Positions 24,426 to 33,580 of a stretch of DNA of 64,000 nt are shown piece after piece; positions within the stretch are counted from its first letter, which is position 1; every line of letters begins with the position of its first letter. The translations under genes were made by a program, and so were the position numbers. The notes under the pieces are model-generated. The model saw only the letters and a list, made by a program, of their open reading frames with translations. It searched no databases and was not told where the DNA came from. This DNA comes from Candidatus Thiopontia autotrophica (lineage in GTDB: Bacteria; Pseudomonadota; Gammaproteobacteria; GCF-002020875), in contig JACNFK010000014.1 in the NCBI GenBank assembly GCA_014384675.1, positions 1,213-65,212 of the forward strand, written 5' to 3'.

Positions 24426-27095
24426 TCATGACTTGCTTGTGGTTTCAGCCGTATCATCAAGTTTTTTGGTTTTAATGAATGTTGTCGGTGCTCTGTCTGC
24501 TTCAGTATCTGGAATATTATGTTTCATGTGGGTAACCGGAAGCGTAATAACTACACAAGTGCCAACCCCATTATTGCTCTCCATGGATATGGTTCCATTG
24601 TGTTGTTCAATAACTCGTTTAACGATAGCCAGCCCAAGTCCTGTCCCCTTTGATCGGCTGGTGACAAAAGGCTCAAAGATTTCGTCTCTGTTTGATTCAT
24701 CTATCCCTGTGCCATTGTCGCAGATCTCTAGCTGGATGATTGAGCCATCATCATGCAGATCCATGCGTGCATTGATGATTATTTTTGGTCTGTCTGGGGC
24801 TGCTTCGGTAATCGCATGGATTGCATTGCTTAGCAGGTTGGTTAATACACGACGCATCTTGGTTTTGTCGACCTGTATTGTGGGTAGGCCGGCTGGATAG
24901 TGGGTGATTACGTCAATGCTGTTTTCAATGATCTGTTTTTGAATGGCATTGATTGCGGTCTCGGTTAATTTATCAAGGCTGCTCCAGGAGAGATCCAGTT
25001 CATCTGGTCGGGAATATGCGAGTAGCCCGTCCAGAATACTCTCCATGTAACGAATCTGTTGTAGCCCAATTTCATGCAACTCTCTATCTTCAGCGTTTCC
25101 GCCCTCTTTTTTGCTGAGAATCTGTAGCCCCATTTTGATGGATGAGAGAGGGTTGCGCAGATCATGAGCAACCATGCTGGCCATGCGTCCAACTACAGCA
25201 AGAGTCTTGGCTTGTGCTAACTCATCTTTTCGTTTCCGAATCTCCTCTTCAAGATCTTTTTGTGCAGTGATATCTTCCTTAACGGAGAGGAAGTGAGTTA
25301 TCTCACCATCTTCGTTGCGAATTGGTGACATAAGGGCGGACTCCCAATATAGTTCACCGCTCTTCTTTCTATTATGAAGGATGCCGCGCCACTCTTTTCC
25401 ACTACTGATTGTCTGCCACAGATCTCTGTACTCTTCTGGAGAGGTGTCTCCTGATTTCAGGATGCGAGGGTTTTTTCCTATTACCTCTTGTGGCAGATAG
25501 CCGGTGAGTTCGGTGAATTTTGGATTGACGTACTCAATTCTGCCAGTTCTGTCTGTAATCAGGATTACAGCAGGGCTCTGTTCAGCAGCACGCGCCAGCT
25601 TGGTAAGCTCTTCACGAGTTTGGTGCTGCTCAGTAATGTCCTGTCCAATACAGGTGATGCTCTCTATCTGGTTTGCATCATTAATAGTGGTTGTTGAAGT
25701 CCATGCAATCAGTCTATTCTTGCCACGAAAATCAATAATATGAGACTCATGGTAAGTTGACCCCTGCAAGCCATCTTCTCCATCAAGAATCTGTTTTATC
25801 CCGTTTATACTGTCACCATCAGGAACAAAATTATCAAACCAGTTTTTTCCGATCACATCACTGCGACGTTTTCTGAGCAGGTGTAGCAGGTAGTTGTTGC
25901 AGAACAGGATGTTGCCATCCAGATCAATGGTGAGTGCGGCAAGATGTATCTCTTCAAGAGTGTCTCGGAAGCGCAGCTCATTTGCCCGCTGTAGCTCATG
26001 TTCCTCTCTGCGTATGATGTTGTTGGTGAGTAGCAATGACAGTAGTGAGATAAAGAAGAGAATTGCTATATAGAGCAATCTGTTTTTCTGCAGAAAACCA
26101 AGTGGCGTGGACTCAAGGTTGGATGTTGGCAGGTAAGAGATAACTTTCCAGTTATATCTATTTAGCTGATCTGTGCTGATTATATGGTCAGTTGTTCCTG
26201 CTCTTATCTGGGCAACCCTGAGAGGGTTTACAGTTATATGCGAGAAGAGGCCGTTTGCTGTAATGAACTGCCCGGATTTTGTGCCACTAATATGGCTCCA
26301 TTCACTTTTAAACTCACTACTGAAAATATTGTCAGGATTGCCCAGCATGAATCCCCACTCTTTTTCCGGATTATTATGGCTTAGCCAGTATCCGTCACTG
26401 TTAACCAGATGCACCCTGTCCGTAATAGAGGCCACAGCACTTCTGAAGTTGTTGACGAGATCGATACCAAGATAGTTGAGTACGATCATCCCCCGACGCT
26501 CACCAGAAGATGAGTAAATAGGGGTGACAAATCTGATAACAGGTTTGTATGGGGTCTCCAGGCTGTTATTCTCAATATTAAGGTCCATAGGAGACAGGTA
26601 GACCTCACCATCAAGAAGTTCGAGCCCCTCTTTGATGTAGTATCTGTCAGACTTGTTTTGCAACTCTGAATCTGCAACCGAGATTCCACCCTTGTTACTG
26701 TAGTTTATTCGGCAAAGCTCATTGCCGGAATCGTCTATATAACGGATCTGATCATATATTCCGTTGTTGTTGGCAAAACTCAGAAACAGCTGGTTGATGT
26801 CGCTCTTCTTTTGAGCCATTTCTGTCTTGTCTACAAACATGATGTTATCCATCTGTTCTGCAAGGAAGAGCAGGTCAGAGACAATCTTCGATATATCTTT
26901 TGTAATCATCTCCTCGGCAAGGTGAATATTTAGCTCTTCAGCTCGCTTGATTGCGTTACCACGCACCTCATAATCAGAGTAGAAATGGATAGTGGCAGCC
27001 ACAAACAGGACAACTATCATGGGTAAAAGGAAGAGCATTAACAGGCGGCTCTTCTTTAACAGTGATGGAGTGTAGTGGTGTAGCGTCATCCGCAA
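24426..27095 (-). CDS. Sensor histidine kinase with a periplasmic dCache-like domain, two PAS domains, HisKA and HATPase_c
   Basis: A TM helix (LLMLFLLPMIVVLFVAATI), a roughly 300 aa periplasmic domain, then a second TM. The H-box is MASMVAHDLRNPLSSIK. There is no receiver domain. Confidence 0.85.
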   Translation of the reverse strand: MRMTLHHYTPSLLKKSRLLMLFLLPMIVVLFVAATIHFYSDYEVRGNAIKRAEELNIHLAEEMITKDISKIVSDLLFLAEQMDNIMFVDKTEMAQKKSDINQLFLSFANNNGIYDQIRYIDDSGNELCRINYSNKGGISVADSELQNKSDRYYIKEGLELLDGEVYLSPMDLNIENNSLETPYKPVIRFVTPIYSSSGERRGMIVLNYLGIDLVNNFRSAVASITDRVHLVNSDGYWLSHNNPEKEWGFMLGNPDNIFSSEFKSEWSHISGTKSGQFITANGLFSHITVNPLRVAQIRAGTTDHIISTDQLNRYNWKVISYLPTSNLESTPLGFLQKNRLLYIAILFFISLLSLLLTNNIIRREEHELQRANELRFRDTLEEIHLAALTIDLDGNILFCNNYLLHLLRKRRSDVIGKNWFDNFVPDGDSINGIKQILDGEDGLQGSTYHESHIIDFRGKNRLIAWTSTTTINDANQIESITCIGQDITEQHQTREELTKLARAAEQSPAVILITDRTGRIEYVNPKFTELTGYLPQEVIGKNPRILKSGDTSPEEYRDLWQTISSGKEWRGILHNRKKSGELYWESALMSPIRNEDGEITHFLSVKEDITAQKDLEEEIRKRKDELAQAKTLAVVGRMASMVAHDLRNPLSSIKMGLQILSKKEGGNAEDRELHEIGLQQIRYMESILDGLLAYSRPDELDLSWSSLDKLTETAINAIQKQIIENSIDVITHYPAGLPTIQVDKTKMRRVLTNLLSNAIHAITEAAPDRPKIIINARMDLHDDGSIIQLEICDNGTGIDESNRDEIFEPFVTSRSKGTGLGLAIVKRVIEQHNGTISMESNNGVGTCVVITLPVTHMKHNIPDTEADRAPTTFIKTKKLDDTAETTSKS

Positions 27096-27418
27096 CGACT
27101 CCTTATCTCCAGTTCAACACGATCCAGATAATCGTCTAGGGATTCACCCCCGTCTCTGGGGACCAGAAAAATCAATTTTGCAGCAATCAGATAAGGTCTT
27201 CGCGCCCCATCTCCAGCTGGACGTTCATCCTGTAGATTGGCCTTCAGATAACGTAGTGCCTCTTCAGGATTTTCACAGTAGCGTGGGAGTGATACCTCAT
27301 CGGCATACCACTCAATAGCTGAAGAGACAGATAGCATCAGCACTACAACCACAACAACAAAAGGAAAAATCTTTCCAATTGGGAAGGCATCCGTATACAT
27401 GTTTTCCTGATTACTCAT
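27086..27418 (-). CDS. Small membrane-anchored protein of unknown function
   Basis: Single TM helix (FPFVVVVVVLMLSV). ATGA overlap with the HemY-like stop, and its own stop overlaps the kinase start, so it is translationally coupled in the operon. Confidence 0.4.
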   Translation of the reverse strand: MSNQENMYTDAFPIGKIFPFVVVVVVLMLSVSSAIEWYADEVSLPRYCENPEEALRYLKANLQDERPAGDGARRPYLIAAKLIFLVPRDGGESLDDYLDRVELEIRSRCG

Positions 27419-28884
27419 GATGTATGAAGCACCGAGTGGTCGGATGGTCTCCAAATTGAGCGAATGGTTGATACTGATGCAGTAGATGGAGAGATGTTCT
27501 CTTGTTTGAGAATCTCCGCTGATAAAATTTGCCCCTGGGCGATACGGTCACGTACTGAGACTCCTCCAATGTAGTTGGCAGCAATATGGATACCAGGGGA
27601 GGATGATATATTCGATTTTATCTGCTTCACTCGTGCAGCATATCTGCCATGGTATAGAGGTAGTGCGTCCTGGTGGCGGTGTAGTGTCACCATCTCTGGA
27701 GCCCCGTTAATTCCCAAAATTGGTTTAAGAGCAGAAACAGTTCTCTCTACAATCTCCTCACTCTTCCATTGCTGGATCTCCGGGTGACGTGCACCGCCCA
27801 GATATGTGGTTAGCAGAATCTTGCCCTCGGGGGCGCGATTGTTGAAAAGGCTGCTCATCCAGATATTGCCATTGAATGGTGTGTTCTCGGATTTCGGAGT
27901 AAGGAAGCCGGTACCATCCAGAGAGTGGTCAATCTGACCACGGTCAAAGCCTGTGTGCAGTACTGTGAGGGGGGCATATTCAATCCCGTCCAGAAGTCGA
28001 CTTGCCTCAGGGGATATCGAGCTTAGCAGAGTTGCAGTTACTGCTGCCGGGGTGCTGAAAATTATATGGTGAGCATCCTGTTCAATCTCTATGGATTGTG
28101 GGGATGACCTGTCATGGCCAAACAGACGCCATTTCGGGCTGTTGTTGGTTGATCCAGGTGCTCTTTCAATTGCTGTTGCCTCAAGATTGGTACGGAAGGT
28201 GATCCCCGACTGTCGTGCCAACTGTTCAACCAGGGTAGACATGCCTCCCTTAAAGGAGAAAGTCTCGGTAATGCATCCACTCTTTTTTCGATTGAATTTG
28301 TGAATCATGGCGCCTGCTGTCAGGCTACCATATCTCTTTTCCAGAGCAGTCAGTCTTCCAAGTGTTGCCTCGGCATTGGCCAGATCTGGATCGGAGGCCA
28401 GGGTTCCGGAGACAAATGGGTCCATCGCCTTTTCCAGAAGCTCTCTACCAAAACGGCGTGTAATAAACTCGCTAACCGTCTCATTCTCACTGCCACCACG
28501 AGGAATAAATGGCTCAGCCAGCATTCTCAGCCGTCCTCTCATGCTCCAGCTTTTAGAGAAGAGGACGCTCTGCATATTCATGGAGATGGAGTTGAGTTTC
28601 CCGTTGCTTAACAGGTATCGATTCTGCTCTGCAAGTTGGGTGCGACTGCTCTTTAGTTTCTCAAGCCCGCTCTTTGCTATCAGCTCAGCAACCTCGGGAC
28701 GGAAGTTCAGCAGCAGGGCTGCAGCCTGCTCCATTGTGTACCCATCATGCTCGGTGGTCTTTATCTTTCCTCCGGGTCGTTTGTCACGCTCCCAGATCTC
28801 CACCTCCATCCCGGCCTGGCTCAACCACCATGCAGTTGAAAGTCCGGAGATACCGCCACCAACAATCAATACCTTTTTGGTCAC
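27415..28884 (-). CDS. HemY-family FAD-dependent protoporphyrinogen/coproporphyrinogen oxidase homolog
   Basis: N-terminal VLIVGGGISGLSTAWWL dinucleotide fold. A central ETVSEFITRRFGRELLEKAMDPFVSGTLASDPD block resembles PPOX, and the C-terminus reads NYIGGVSVRDRI. Confidence 0.7.
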   Translation of the reverse strand: MTKKVLIVGGGISGLSTAWWLSQAGMEVEIWERDKRPGGKIKTTEHDGYTMEQAAALLLNFRPEVAELIAKSGLEKLKSSRTQLAEQNRYLLSNGKLNSISMNMQSVLFSKSWSMRGRLRMLAEPFIPRGGSENETVSEFITRRFGRELLEKAMDPFVSGTLASDPDLANAEATLGRLTALEKRYGSLTAGAMIHKFNRKKSGCITETFSFKGGMSTLVEQLARQSGITFRTNLEATAIERAPGSTNNSPKWRLFGHDRSSPQSIEIEQDAHHIIFSTPAAVTATLLSSISPEASRLLDGIEYAPLTVLHTGFDRGQIDHSLDGTGFLTPKSENTPFNGNIWMSSLFNNRAPEGKILLTTYLGGARHPEIQQWKSEEIVERTVSALKPILGINGAPEMVTLHRHQDALPLYHGRYAARVKQIKSNISSSPGIHIAANYIGGVSVRDRIAQGQILSAEILKQENISPSTASVSTIRSIWRPSDHSVLHTS

Positions 28885-30923
28885 TGTTTGGCCCCCTCTT
28901 TTTTGGAGGTTCGTGGTCTCTTTAGCTCTGCCTTCATCTTGTCGAGCATCTCACGATCCAGAATACCCAGGCCCTCACCATTCTCACCTTGATGGCTCTC
29001 AACGTGGGTACGAATTTCTCCAAAACGTTTCTCGGCCTGGGGGTTGTCTTTCAGGCGTGGCACCCGTTTTTTGGCAATCTCCCAAGCATCAAAATTCAGC
29101 TCATCCATGCCAAAGCCACGAAGTCTGCGTACCGCCTTCATCATTGCCCGATTACGAAAACGGGTAAGGTCATCAGGAGTGATGATGGACAGCCCTTCCC
29201 GACGCGCATTGAATTCAGCCGCTTTCTTGATTCCGGCACGAACAAATTCTGGTGCACCCTCAACCCTTTTCAGGGCAACAAGATCCCACTCAACTCCGGC
29301 AATCTGGGTATCAATAATAATCTGGATATCGCCAGCAGTTACAGTTATCGAGTTGCGCTGCTTTGCCGCCATCTCTGCAGCTGTCTCCAGTGTCGGCTTA
29401 ACGAACATCACAACCTGTGGCTCCCTGTTAGAGAGGAAATCATCAAGCAGATTATCGGCCTCATCCTCCCAGTTGAGCCTGCGACCAGGCTCATCCTCAG
29501 CCTCCAGTCGATCCAGTAGTTTGGTATTGACCTCCAGTCGCCCCTCGGTTTGGGCTACATCTTCCGCCACCGCACGTACCCCTTCACGCAGGAAGGATGG
29601 GGTCTCATCGAGCCGTTGCTGTGCCTCGGCAGTCCAGACAAGGTGAATTTCCCCGTTATTATTGTCATCTTTATGCCCTGGACGCTTCGGCATGTTGGCG
29701 CCGAATCTTTTGCTGGAGAGCTCGGTCAGCACCTCTGAGGTAACCTCGGAGAGTCCCTGTTCCAGTACATGTTGCTCGGCACGCTTCTTGACCATCTTGC
29801 GAAGAAATCCTGGAACCCGGCCGAGCCGTTTTTCAGCCTCCGCACTCCAGGCTACATCCTCTTGCTCTGTAGAGTTGAGAGGCTGGATTATCTTCCCATT
29901 CTGTGGCTGGTAGGAGCACCATGGATCGGTATCCATCAGATCAGCTCCCAGCGCCTTGGGACGGGCACGACAACCGCCACAGAGTATCTGGTATTCGCAC
30001 TCTCCACACTTTCCCTTGAGGGCTGGATTTCTTAGCTGTTCAAAGGTCTCTGACTCATCCCAGATCGAGAGGAAGCTCTGCTGACGGATATTGCCCTCCT
30101 CATCAGGGATATATGGACAGGCAGTAACACCACCCTCCGGGGTGATGCGACAATAGTGGGTTCCAGCAATACAGCCACCACCCTCGTACCCTTCGGCCCG
30201 CGTGACGGGGCTGTTGGGATCGTTCTGATAGGCGATTCGTTTGTAGTGGGGGGCACAGCGGGCGCGGATCATTAGGTCGGGGTGCTTCTGTTGTGCCGCA
30301 ATGATCTGGTTAAGGGCCGCTTCATAGCGTTGTGGGGTGATGTCGGACATCTTCTCGCCACGCCCGGTGCAGACGAGGAAAAAGATGTTGAGCAGGTGGG
30401 CACCAACGGATTTGGTGAAGTCGACCATCCCCTCCAGCTCTTCGGCATTGCCTTCAGTGATGGAGAAGTGAACCTGAAAAGGGAGTTCGTGTTTGCGGCA
30501 GGCGTCCATTCCAGCCAGAGTCTTCTCCCAGCTCCCAGGGCAGCCGCGGAACTGATCATGAAATCCCGGATCAAGAGAGTCAACGCTGATGCCTGCACCC
30601 ATTGCGCCAGCCGCCTTGAGTGATTTAACCCGCTTCTCATTTAGCAGAACGCCATTGGTGCCGATGACGATGGAGAGGCCTAGTTGAGATCCATGGGCAA
30701 CCAACGCCTCCAGATCTTTTCGTAGCAGTGGCTCTCCTCCAGTCAGAACCACCATGGTATCGGTACTGCGGGCGGCAATCTGATCCAGTAGCTGGATCAC
30801 CTCTTCAGTGCTCAACTCACCATCGCCCCCTTGTTGCAGTGTCTCTGCATCAAGATAGCAGTGGCTGCAGTTGAGATTGCAGCGACGCGTCAGGTTGATG
30901 GCAAGAAGGAAGAGATCGTTCAT
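28881..30923 (-). CDS. Radical SAM/SPASM-domain enzyme with C-terminal PCP_red (protochlorophyllide-reductase B C-terminal-like) repeats
   Basis: CNLNCSHC is a CxxxCxxC radical SAM motif. GKCGECEYQILCGGCRARP is a SPASM motif. At least three repeats of the W-x-x-EAE-x-RL-x-x-VP-x-F-x-R type follow. The start is moved to the ATG at 30923 because the upstream codons lie inside a 25 bp inverted repeat. Confidence 0.8.
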   Translation of the reverse strand: MNDLFLLAINLTRRCNLNCSHCYLDAETLQQGGDGELSTEEVIQLLDQIAARSTDTMVVLTGGEPLLRKDLEALVAHGSQLGLSIVIGTNGVLLNEKRVKSLKAAGAMGAGISVDSLDPGFHDQFRGCPGSWEKTLAGMDACRKHELPFQVHFSITEGNAEELEGMVDFTKSVGAHLLNIFFLVCTGRGEKMSDITPQRYEAALNQIIAAQQKHPDLMIRARCAPHYKRIAYQNDPNSPVTRAEGYEGGGCIAGTHYCRITPEGGVTACPYIPDEEGNIRQQSFLSIWDESETFEQLRNPALKGKCGECEYQILCGGCRARPKALGADLMDTDPWCSYQPQNGKIIQPLNSTEQEDVAWSAEAEKRLGRVPGFLRKMVKKRAEQHVLEQGLSEVTSEVLTELSSKRFGANMPKRPGHKDDNNNGEIHLVWTAEAQQRLDETPSFLREGVRAVAEDVAQTEGRLEVNTKLLDRLEAEDEPGRRLNWEDEADNLLDDFLSNREPQVVMFVKPTLETAAEMAAKQRNSITVTAGDIQIIIDTQIAGVEWDLVALKRVEGAPEFVRAGIKKAAEFNARREGLSIITPDDLTRFRNRAMMKAVRRLRGFGMDELNFDAWEIAKKRVPRLKDNPQAEKRFGEIRTHVESHQGENGEGLGILDREMLDKMKAELKRPRTSKKEGAKQ

Positions 30924-30936
30924 TATGGAAAAGCAA

Positions 30937-31151
30937 CAGCGCCTCGCGCAAAGACGCAAAGAGGCAAAGGTTCTTTCATCGTCTTTTCTGCAGGATGTGC
31001 GTGATTGATTGTGTGGGTGATTTTTTTAGCTCTATAGATGTACTGCATCACTGAGTAGATTGTAGGTAGTAATTCGTTGCCAATGGGCATTCTGAATTGA
31101 ATACCATTGAACGCTTTTCTTAGCGGCTTTGCGTCTTTGCGCGAGGCGCTG
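30937..31151. repeat. 215 bp element bounded by perfect 25 bp terminal inverted repeats (CAGCGCCTCGCGCAAAGACGCAAAG)
   Basis: Left arm 30937-30961, right arm 31127-31151 as the exact reverse complement. It fills the Usp / radical SAM intergenic gap. Confidence 0.8.
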
Positions 31152-31158
31152 TGGCAGT

Positions 31159-33318
31159 TCATTTATACTGATCCGGATTGGATTCGGAGTGGAATCCGCT
31201 GCCCATCTCCCAGGCGTCACTGGCCTTGTCGACGGCGGCATGAGTCACCTGCTCGAGCCCCAACTCCCGTGCGCATCGCTCTACCTCCAGAACGACCATG
31301 CCCTGGACAAAGTCTGGAATCTTTTTGATCCGTGCGCGGGCTGCAGGGTCCCACACCATGGTGGACTGCTTCTCTTTCGATCCTGCCGCCCACTCGCTAT
31401 ATTTCTCCTCAACCAGCGCCTCGGTAATCTCTTCGGTGCGATGTTTTTTTGCAAACTGCTCGACTCGCTGTTTAGTCAGGTCGCGCATAAACCCTTCAGG
31501 AATACGTTCCATGCGGGCCTCGGCCTCAGGGCTCCAGTGAAGGGAGGTGCGTTGTGCGAGATTGGCAAAGGGGCAGAGGCTCGCTTTTTTCTCTGCTGGC
31601 TGTGGAGGGGTAGAGGATTGTTCTTGCATGGCCTCGGTCATTGCCTCGCGCGCTTGTTCCAATCCCGCTTCGACGACTTCCAGTGTGATCTCTTGCAACT
31701 GGTTGTCGCGGGCATATGATTCAATGCGATCCCTGCTGGAGTCGCGCATGAACCCCTCGGGAACACGGGATAGGCGCGCGAGTGCAGCAGCACCCCATGT
31801 CAGTGTGGATGAGGTAGCAGTAGCCTCTTCTTGGCCGATGAATGGCCGGATATGCTCAATCTTGACCCGATTGGAGCGCTCTCCACGTGCCTTTTTCTCT
31901 GCACGCATACTGAGGTTGCCGCGCAGTGCCAGATCCTCAATCGTCATGAGTAACTGAGAGGCATCGCTGTCCCAGCGCATGATCTTGTCGGTGACGACTC
32001 CAGCTTCTTCCGGTTTACGTTTGAGTTCGCCTGCCTCGTAGGCATCTACAATCTCTCCCATCGCCTGCTCTGCATGGTTCGGCATCAACTGGGCGGTGGC
32101 CTCTTCAACAATTCGTTCGGTAATGACGGTATGGCCACGCTCCTGTGCATAACGGAGGATCGCCATTCTGGCCATATTGCGAACAAAGGAGGGGACCTTA
32201 TCCATTCTGGATTCAGCCTCATTTGTCCATGAGGTGGTGGTCTCCGCCACCACATCAATCTCTGGGCGGTAGGTGCGCTGGCTCAGTAGTACCGCACACT
32301 CGACATTGCGCAGTAATATCTCACTGTTGCCACCAATATCGAGCTCATCATCGGCATGAATCCCCAGCTTTCCGATAACCAGCAGGGAGGGGCGGGCGTT
32401 GGCGACATAGCGTTCAACTGCATCGTGCGCCTTGCCATCAAGCAGGGTGGTCTCAATCTCAACCCCATAATCTCGGGCAATAGATTCTGCCACATCCAGA
32501 TGCCCCTGATAAATCTTGGCCAGACCGGAGTCGATGATCTCCTCGTGGAGCTTCTCCTGCTCCTTGAACTTGAATACCTTGCCTGCCTCCTCGGAAAGAA
32601 CTCCTGCAATCCGGTTAAATGCTACGTAGTGGTAGTAGGGGTCAAAGGCGGAGATCACCTTAACCTTGCAGCTCCACTCTTTTGCCAGGGAGAAAGCCGT
32701 CAGTAATCCACCATAGGCTCTGTCAGAACCGTCAATGGCAACCACAATGGGGCCACGCTCAAGATTTATCTCTGGCTCCTTGATTACCAGAACATCAATC
32801 TCCGAGCGCCGAGCAACGCGGTCGGTTACTGTTCCCAGGCGACTGCCACGAATTGCGCCCAGCCCCAGTGCCCCCATAACCAGCAGGTCATACCTCCCAC
32901 TATTGGTTTCGCGGGTCAGTTCACGATAGTTTTTCCCCTCAAGTGGACGGCGATCAAATGCAATCTCGTTTTCCGCAGCAAGCTCCTCGGCCTGGTCCAG
33001 ATAAGAGTCGGTAATAATGGAGAGGCCCTTGGTGATCAAGTCATCGTGGACATCTCGTTGACGCTCCAGCTCCAGCTCCTCACGAAACTGCTCCGGCAGA
33101 CCTCCCTCCATCTGGCGGAAACGGATGTCATGTAGTTTGGCAGCATAGACATGCGTGCCCGTAATTTTTGCCCCCCAGTGCGCAGCCATTTGAAAGGCCT
33201 CGGTAGTGCCGCGGTTGGAGTGGTCCGAAGAGTCAACAGCAAGCAGTATCCCCTGGTAGGTTGGAAGAGGATCTGGCTTGGTTGGTTGCTCCATTTTTAC
33301 TACATTTTCATTTTGCAT
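31159..33318 (-). CDS. Tandem universal-stress-protein (UspA) domains fused to five PCP_red repeats
   Basis: Two Usp domains (ILLAVDSSDHS...LLVMGALG and IVVAIDGSDRA...LLVIGKLG). Five repeats follow, for example WTNEAESRMDKVPSFVRNMA and WSPEAEARMERIPEGFMRD. Confidence 0.75.
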   Translation of the reverse strand: MQNENVVKMEQPTKPDPLPTYQGILLAVDSSDHSNRGTTEAFQMAAHWGAKITGTHVYAAKLHDIRFRQMEGGLPEQFREELELERQRDVHDDLITKGLSIITDSYLDQAEELAAENEIAFDRRPLEGKNYRELTRETNSGRYDLLVMGALGLGAIRGSRLGTVTDRVARRSEIDVLVIKEPEINLERGPIVVAIDGSDRAYGGLLTAFSLAKEWSCKVKVISAFDPYYHYVAFNRIAGVLSEEAGKVFKFKEQEKLHEEIIDSGLAKIYQGHLDVAESIARDYGVEIETTLLDGKAHDAVERYVANARPSLLVIGKLGIHADDELDIGGNSEILLRNVECAVLLSQRTYRPEIDVVAETTTSWTNEAESRMDKVPSFVRNMARMAILRYAQERGHTVITERIVEEATAQLMPNHAEQAMGEIVDAYEAGELKRKPEEAGVVTDKIMRWDSDASQLLMTIEDLALRGNLSMRAEKKARGERSNRVKIEHIRPFIGQEEATATSSTLTWGAAALARLSRVPEGFMRDSSRDRIESYARDNQLQEITLEVVEAGLEQAREAMTEAMQEQSSTPPQPAEKKASLCPFANLAQRTSLHWSPEAEARMERIPEGFMRDLTKQRVEQFAKKHRTEEITEALVEEKYSEWAAGSKEKQSTMVWDPAARARIKKIPDFVQGMVVLEVERCARELGLEQVTHAAVDKASDAWEMGSGFHSESNPDQYK

Positions 33319-33419
33319 GTTATATAACCTCTTTTTACGGCCTCTTGTGGCCCCTCTCTCTTGTTTATGAATACTTGCAAAAGCACACTAATAATGCGGT
33401 TTTGTAAAGACCCTAAACG

Positions 33420-33445
33420 ATCATCCCCCAATAGAGGGGGATGAT
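33420..33445 (-). terminator. GC-rich hairpin downstream of the cupredoxin-like gene (candidate terminator)
   Basis: ATCATCCCCC-AATAGA-GGGGGATGAT, a 10 bp stem with a weak U-tract. Confidence 0.35.
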
Positions 33446-33580
33446 GTTACAGATTTGTTGGTTGTTCCTAGATCACCATGTACCAAATGATAATGGTGCA
33501 GACAACAACCATGTTGATAGCTCCACCTGTAAGTACCATACGGTCAAACAGGGTGAGTTTCTCTGGAAGCAGACGTCTCA

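Noticed and set aside
28307-29646. Plus-strand ORFs 28307-29167, 28989-29519 and 29044-29646
   Set aside because: Antisense shadow ORFs inside the radical SAM/SPASM gene. They are Ser/Arg-rich, low-complexity translations.
31129-31719. Plus-strand ORF beginning MRLCARRC
   Set aside because: Its N-terminus is identical to the upstream extension of the minus-strand radical SAM ORF only because both read through the 25 bp inverted repeat. The rest is antisense to the Usp gene.
33319-33420. Possible sigma-54 promoter for the Usp-PCP_red gene (TTAGTGTGCTTTTGCA on the minus strand)
   Set aside because: The -24 position is AG rather than GG. No promoter is called, and how this gene is transcribed is left unresolved.
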